32,000 bases of DNA. Origin: Dickeya dadantii NCPPB 898 (GTDB lineage Bacteria > Pseudomonadota > Gammaproteobacteria > Enterobacterales > Enterobacteriaceae). Each line of letters opens with the position of its first letter. Positions within the stretch are counted from its first letter, which is position 1. The position numbers were made by a program, and so were the translations under genes. The stretch is from contig NZ_CM001976.1 of assembly GCF_000406145.1 (NCBI RefSeq), forward strand, positions 897,260-929,259, given 5' to 3'. Shown here piece by piece: positions 27,510 to 32,000 of the stretch. The notes under the pieces were generated by a model. It had not been told where the DNA came from, did no database searches, and was given only the letters and a program-made list of their open reading frames with translations.

Positions 27510-27545
27510 CTGAATCATTTGTCGGTGGCGATACTCGCCGCCTGA

Positions 27546-28511
27546 TTAATGACCATGAAATACGGGGGGGCGGTCTTCGGCTTGTGCAGCCATACCTTCG
27601 ATAAAATCCTTGGTGCGATAAAGCGCGCTGTACTGTGTGCCGAGTTGGGAGAAGGCTATGGCGTCACTGGAATCGACGGCCAGGTGCGCCGATGCCAGCG
27701 TGGTTTGCACGCCGATTGGGCCGCATGCCGCGATTTTGTTGGCGATAGCTATGGCTCTGTCTAGCGTTGCCTGAGGCGTCTCGGCGATCTCTTGCAATAT
27801 TCCCATGCGATATGCATCCTCCGCTCCCCAATGGTCCCCTGTCAGCATGAATCGCATGGCGTTACCCCATCCCGCTTCGCGCACGAACCGAACGGTTGAG
27901 CCGCCTCCGGGGAAACGTCCGTGGGAGTTTTCATCCTGACCGAACCTCGTATTTTCTGCCGCTACCCGGATATCCGCTGACAAGAATAGCTCATGAGCCA
28001 TATTCCAAGTGTCGCCGTGCACGGCGGCGATGAGCGGTTTGGAACGCCGGGTCGGACCATAGTTAAGCGGACTGATGACATGATTCAGGCCCGCCAGAAT
28101 ATTTCCGTTGTTATTGACGGTTGCTTTATAGGCATCCACATCAATACCCCGAGAAAAATTGTCCCCGTGACCGAATAAGATAGCCGCTCGCAGAGAAGGA
28201 TCATGATCGTAGTCGTATATGGCTCTTGCCAGTGCCTGGAATGTTTCAGGATCGATACGGTTTTGGACGACAGGGCGATTGAGCCCCAGTAACACCACTT
28301 GCCCCCGGCGTTCGATCGATAATTTTGTGTTTGGCCCTGGAGGAACGTCAACGAGGGTTGTTGGTTGCGTCGCTGTTTCTGTCGCGGGGGATGGTGTCTG
28401 TTCTGCACCAAGTGCTGCGGATGTCGCCATCGCTATTGTCGGTACGGCGGCGGCGAGGGTGGCTGTTGCCTTAATCAATGTACGGCGCGTTAGATCAAGT
28501 TTTTCTTCCAC
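27546..28511 (-). CDS. Crotonase-fold (enoyl-CoA hydratase/isomerase superfamily) protein with an N-terminal twin-arginine (Tat) signal peptide
   Basis: The start is GTG 28511, with GGAG 8 nt upstream. The Tat motif is T-R-R-T-L-I-K (nt 28470-28490), followed by the hydrophobic region ATATLAAAVPTIAMATSAALGA and then a Thr/Pro linker. The crotonase blocks are VVLLGLNRP, ILFGHGDNFSRGIDV, KPLIAAVHGDTWNMAHELFLSADIRVAA, RFGQDENSHGRFPGGGSTVRF and MLTGDHWGAEDAYRMGILQE. Confidence 0.8.
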   Translation of the reverse strand: MEEKLDLTRRTLIKATATLAAAVPTIAMATSAALGAEQTPSPATETATQPTTLVDVPPGPNTKLSIERRGQVVLLGLNRPVVQNRIDPETFQALARAIYDYDHDPSLRAAILFGHGDNFSRGIDVDAYKATVNNNGNILAGLNHVISPLNYGPTRRSKPLIAAVHGDTWNMAHELFLSADIRVAAENTRFGQDENSHGRFPGGGSTVRFVREAGWGNAMRFMLTGDHWGAEDAYRMGILQEIAETPQATLDRAIAIANKIAACGPIGVQTTLASAHLAVDSSDAIAFSQLGTQYSALYRTKDFIEGMAAQAEDRPPVFHGH

Positions 28512-28867
28512 TTATTACGCTCCAGTTTGGGTAGTCTAGCCTGCTGTGCTCGGTCAACATCACACTGAAAAAACCACCGATGCCCAGATTCAGCCCATCC
28601 GCTCGATGAAGTGCTGACTTGTGACCCGGTGAACATCGTCAGACGGTCGATGAGTCGTATGACGCTTACAGATAAACCCGAGTATTAAAAAGCCCTGGTG
28701 TATGGCAAAGAATCACCAGGCAGCCTTGAGACTGACGCTGGTGGGGGAATGACGTTGGTTGTCTTGTGCGACAGCAAGTGTGAACGCCTCTGTCTGGGGC
28801 GTTGCCGTGATCATGGTGAGACAGGATCACCTTGTGACGTCAACCTGCCGAAGCATCAGTACGTATA

Positions 28868-28890
28868 GTTAATCTTATAATAAGAGTAAC
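28868..28890. promoter_or_regulatory. 23-bp near-perfect palindrome, candidate operator between the crotonase and hxlR-type genes
   Basis: GTTAATCTTAT-A-ATAAGAGTAAC has arms matching at 10 of 11 positions. It lies 158 nt upstream of the hxlR-type ATG and 357 nt upstream of the crotonase GTG. Confidence 0.4.
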
Positions 28891-29047
28891 TTGCCACGCA
28901 AGCGCCCGACCGAATGCTGGATCTGCGGGGATCACTCCCTGAGTGGCCTGAGCTCATCGGCTACCGCATGCCTAAATAAGGCTTTGCGGTTGATGGGGGG
29001 ATTTCTATAATTAATGGTTTATCCAAGGGGCTGGCTTGGGGTGATCA

Positions 29048-29602
29048 ATGCGATCGAAAGGTTTTGATGGAATGGTGTGTTCAATTGCCGGCGTGATGGC
29101 CGCAATTGGCGATCGCTGGGGGTTGTTGATTATTCGTGATCTTGTCTTTGGCATCAGCCGATATGACGAGTTACGTCAATCATCCGGCGTAACCAATGCG
29201 ACGCTAAGCAACCGACTTAAACATCTTGAGGCCAATGGTCTTGTTGAGCGGCGCCGCTATCAAGTGAATCCTGAACGATTTGAATACCTATTAACTCCGC
29301 ATGGTCAGCAGCTTGCCCCGGTCATGGTGGTGCTCTCCCAGATTGGGGATGGTTTAGGCCTATCCGGCGCTTCAGTTCCGCCACTAAAATTTGTGAATCG
29401 AAAAACGGGTGCCGATGTGCGGTGGAGCTTCATCGATCAGAAAACAGGGGAGCCGTTAGGCAGCGAGGATATTGCCTTTGCGGAAGGGCCTGGTGCGGAC
29501 GATTTGGTGCGCTGGCGACTTTCTCATACTAATCGACGTTATGAAGGCGACACCACGACTCTCTTGAGCGAGAACTCAATCTCAGAGCCTAAGACTAAAT
29601 GA
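29048..29602 (+). CDS. HxlR-family winged-helix transcriptional regulator with a C-terminal extension of about 80 aa
   Basis: CSIAGVMAAIGDRWGLLIIRDLVFGISRYDELRQSSGVTNATLSNRLKHLEANGLVERRRYQVNPERFEYLLTPHG is the canonical HxlR/DUF24 core. The product is 184 aa, versus about 110-130 aa for typical members. Met9 (29072) is an alternative start. Confidence 0.82.
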   Translation: MRSKGFDGMVCSIAGVMAAIGDRWGLLIIRDLVFGISRYDELRQSSGVTNATLSNRLKHLEANGLVERRRYQVNPERFEYLLTPHGQQLAPVMVVLSQIGDGLGLSGASVPPLKFVNRKTGADVRWSFIDQKTGEPLGSEDIAFAEGPGADDLVRWRLSHTNRRYEGDTTTLLSENSISEPKTK

Positions 29603-29750
29603 GCAAAAACGGGATGTTACCAGCGATGACGACGTTCTTTATGACGTCATTCCGGTTCTACACAACGACGCTTTAAATCGGTATGACGTTATTACCCGTG
29701 TGGCGAATAATTGATGTGATATGAGGCGGTGACGGCAAGTCCCATACAAT

Positions 29751-29786
29751 CGGTCCGGCAATAACTATCGGCCCGGCAATAACTAT
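29751..29786. repeat. Two tandem 18-bp units
   Basis: CGGTCCGGCAATAACTAT (29751-29768) and CGGCCCGGCAATAACTAT (29769-29786) match at 17 of 18 positions. Confidence 0.8.
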
Positions 29787-29802
29787 ATTGTTTTGGCGCG
29801 CT

Positions 29803-29836
29803 AAAAAAAGAAGCCGCAACAGTTAGCTGTTGCGGC
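29803..29836 (-). terminator. Rho-independent terminator of crr
   Basis: A 10-bp stem GCCGCAACAG / CTGTTGCGGC has loop TTAG. On the minus strand it is followed by TTCTTTTTTT. It lies 56 nt downstream of the crr stop. Confidence 0.85.
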
Positions 29837-29891
29837 GTTCTTAAAGAATTAACGCGTTATACATTGCACCTACAGGTACATGGAGATTCGC

Positions 29892-30401
29892 TTACTTCTT
29901 GATGCGAATAACCGGGGTTTCCCCAACGACAACGGTGCCGCTCAGTTTGATCAGCTCTTTGATCTCATCCATGTTGGAGATCACGACCGGGGTCAGGGTA
30001 GACTTGGCTTTCTCTTCCAGCAACGGCAGATCAAACTCGATGACCACGTCGCCTTTTTTGACGCGCTGCCCTTCTTCCGCGATACGTTTAAAGCCTTCGC
30101 CTTTCAGTTCAACGGTATCAATACCAAAGTGAACGAACAGTTCGATGCCATTGTCTGATTCGATGGAAAAAGCATGGTTAGTTTCGAAGATCTTACCAAT
30201 GGTGCCGTCCACCGGCGCGACCATTTTGTTACCGCTAGGTTTGATAGCGATGCCATCGCCGACGATTTTCTCTGCGAATACCACATCAGGCACGTCTTCG
30301 ATGTTGACGATTTCACCGGATAACGGGGCAATGATTTCGATGCTGCCGGTTTCTTTCTTGTCGTCAGAAACCAGAGATTTCAGTTTATCGAACAAACCCA
30401 T
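29892..30401 (-). CDS. crr: PTS glucose-specific enzyme IIA component
   Basis: The 169-aa product [16 protein letters not shown]...[27 protein letters not shown]...[40 protein letters not shown] is essentially E. coli Crr. Confidence 0.97.
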   Translation of the reverse strand: MGLFDKLKSLVSDDKKETGSIEIIAPLSGEIVNIEDVPDVVFAEKIVGDGIAIKPSGNKMVAPVDGTIGKIFETNHAFSIESDNGIELFVHFGIDTVELKGEGFKRIAEEGQRVKKGDVVIEFDLPLLEEKAKSTLTPVVISNMDEIKELIKLSGTVVVGETPVIRIKK

Positions 30402-30442
30402 GATTTTCTCCTAAGCATTAATATTGGGTCAGCACAGCGGTA

Positions 30443-32000
30443 TCAGCAAAGCGTCTTTTCTTTAATGAACCGGCTTACCAGACTGCTTAACTCTTCTGCT
30501 GTCGGCTGGGCTAATGCCTGCTCCGCCAGCGCTTTCGCATCTTCGTAGTTGGCATTGCGAATAATTTTCTTGATGCGAGGAATCGAGATGGCACTCATGC
30601 TGAATTCATCCAGACCCATCCCCAGCAGCAGTAGTGTAGCACGTTCGTCACCCGCGAGTTCACCGCACATGCCTGTCCACTTGCCTTCGGCGTGCGAGGC
30701 GTCGATCACCTGCTTGATCAGGGTCAACACGGCCGGAGACATCGGGTTATAGAGATGAGAAATCAGCTCGTTCCCACGATCTACCGCCAGAGTATACTGG
30801 GTTAAGTCATTTGTCCCAATACTAAAGAAGTCAACTTCCTTCGCCAGATGATGGGCGATGGCCGCTGCGGCCGGGGTTTCCACCATCACGCCGACTTCGA
30901 TTGTTTCGTCGAACACTTTGCCTTCCGCACGCAACTGGCCTTTGAGCATCTCCAGTTCGGCTTTCAGCGTACGCACTTCTTCCACCGAAATGATCATCGG
31001 GAACATGATGCGCAGTTTGCCGAACGCGGACGCACGCAGAATAGCGCGCAACTGCGAATGCAGAATTTCCTTGCGATCAAGGCAGATACGAATCGCACGC
31101 CAGCCAAGGAACGGGTTCTCTTCCTTCGGCAGGTCCATGTACGGCAGGTCTTTGTCGCCGCCGATGTCCATGGTGCGCACGATCACCGCCTGCTCGCCCA
31201 CCGCTTCCGCGACGGCTTTGTAGGCCTGGAACTGCTCTTCTTCGGTCGGCAGGGCATCGCGATCCATGAACAGGAATTCGGTGCGATACAGGCCCACGCC
31301 TTCCGCGCCGTTACGCTCAGCGCCGGCGACGTCGCGCACGGTACCGATGTTGGCGCACACTTCCACCTGATGACCGTCCAGCGAGATGGCCGGCAGATCT
31401 TTCAGTTTGGCGAGTTCATATTTCTCGGTGTTGTACTGTTCCTGAACGGCCTTGAGCTGGTCAATGGTAGCCTGATCAGGATTCTGGTAAATCTTGTTGT
31501 TTACCCCGTCCAGAATGATGAAATCGCCATTCTTGATTTTCTGGGTGGCATCGGTGGTGCCCACGATAGCGGGCAGTTCCAGCGAACGCGCCATGATTGA
31601 GGTATGGGACGTACGGCCGCCGATATCGGTAATAAAACCCAGCACCTTGTCCAGGTTCAACTGCGCGGTTTCGGACGGGGTCAGATCTTTGGCAATCAGA
31701 ATCACTTCGTCCTGGATGTCGCCCAGGTCGACGATGTGCAGGCCCAGAATGTTTTTCAGCAGGCGCTTGCCGATGTCGCGCATATCCGCGGCGCGCTCTT
31801 TCAGGTATTCGTCATCCAGTTCTTCCAGCGCTTTCGCCTGGGTCTCGATGACGGAAAACGCCGCCGCGTCCGCGGACGCGTGGTCGTCTTTAATCAGGGA
31901 GATGATTTCCTGCTCGAATTCCTCATCTTCCAGCAGCATGATATGCCCTTCGAAGATGGCTTCTTTCTCTGGCCCCAGCGTTTCAGCCGCTTTTTGCTTG
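30443..32000 (-). CDS. ptsI: PTS enzyme I (phosphoenolpyruvate-protein phosphotransferase), 5'-truncated by the window edge
   Basis: The C-terminal 498 aa or so match E. coli PtsI ([21 protein letters not shown] phospho-His region, [16 protein letters not shown]-terminal KEKTLC). The reading frame stays open upstream of Met 31939 (..[25 protein letters not shown]) to the end of the window. Confidence 0.95.
   Translation of the reverse strand, partial: KQKAAETLGPEKEAIFEGHIMLLEDEEFEQEIISLIKDDHASADAAAFSVIETQAKALEELDDEYLKERAADMRDIGKRLLKNILGLHIVDLGDIQDEVILIAKDLTPSETAQLNLDKVLGFITDIGGRTSHTSIMARSLELPAIVGTTDATQKIKNGDFIILDGVNNKIYQNPDQATIDQLKAVQEQYNTEKYELAKLKDLPAISLDGHQVEVCANIGTVRDVAGAERNGAEGVGLYRTEFLFMDRDALPTEEEQFQAYKAVAEAVGEQAVIVRTMDIGGDKDLPYMDLPKEENPFLGWRAIRICLDRKEILHSQLRAILRASAFGKLRIMFPMIISVEEVRTLKAELEMLKGQLRAEGKVFDETIEVGVMVETPAAAAIAHHLAKEVDFFSIGTNDLTQYTLAVDRGNELISHLYNPMSPAVLTLIKQVIDASHAEGKWTGMCGELAGDERATLLLLGMGLDEFSMSAISIPRIKKIIRNANYEDAKALAEQALAQPTAEELSSLVSRFIKEKTLC

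Overview
This is a 32-kb chromosomal window from an enterobacterial genome. Its proteins are colinear with E. coli K-12 TalA, MaeB, YaiI, HemF, YpeA, YfeY, YfeX, CysM, MacAB, Crr and PtsI. GC-rich third codon positions and a Fus-type operon suggest a plant-associated Pectobacteriaceae (Dickeya/Brenneria-like), but that is inference only and GC was not computed.

The conserved backbone (talA-maeB / hemF-ypeA / yfeY / yfeX-cysM / crr-ptsI) is interrupted by three accessory blocks:
1. 6.4-14.6 kb: a four-gene operon preceded by tandem Fur boxes, encoding a TonB paralogue, a TonB-dependent receptor, a periplasmic M16 protease and a YddA/SbmA-type ABC transporter. It resembles FusBACD / YddB-PqqL-YddA protein-iron piracy systems.
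2. 15.4-19.9 kb: a GT1 glycosyltransferase behind a 444-bp leader, a Ner/Nlp-like regulator, a very AT-rich 361-bp spacer, and a lower-GC PAS-LuxR regulator tightly linked to a CodB-type NCS1 permease.
3. 21.9-29.8 kb: macAB divergent from a CpxRA-like two-component pair, then a crotonase-fold protein with a canonical twin-arginine export signal, divergent from a C-terminally extended HxlR regulator across a 536-bp structured spacer.

Non-coding oddities:
- A 351-bp highly structured segment lies between maeB and yaiI, bracketed by two identical 24-nt copies of a terminator hairpin.
- macA carries an in-frame Ser/Thr-rich trinucleotide-repeat insertion.
- An 18-bp tandem repeat lies downstream of hxlR.

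No rRNA, tRNA, CRISPR array, transposase, integrase or recognisable defence gene was seen. The least-explained unit, and my best candidate for something undescribed, is the Tat-exported crotonase/HxlR module, followed by the GT1/Ner/PAS-LuxR/NCS1 islet and the terminator-bracketed 351-bp element.
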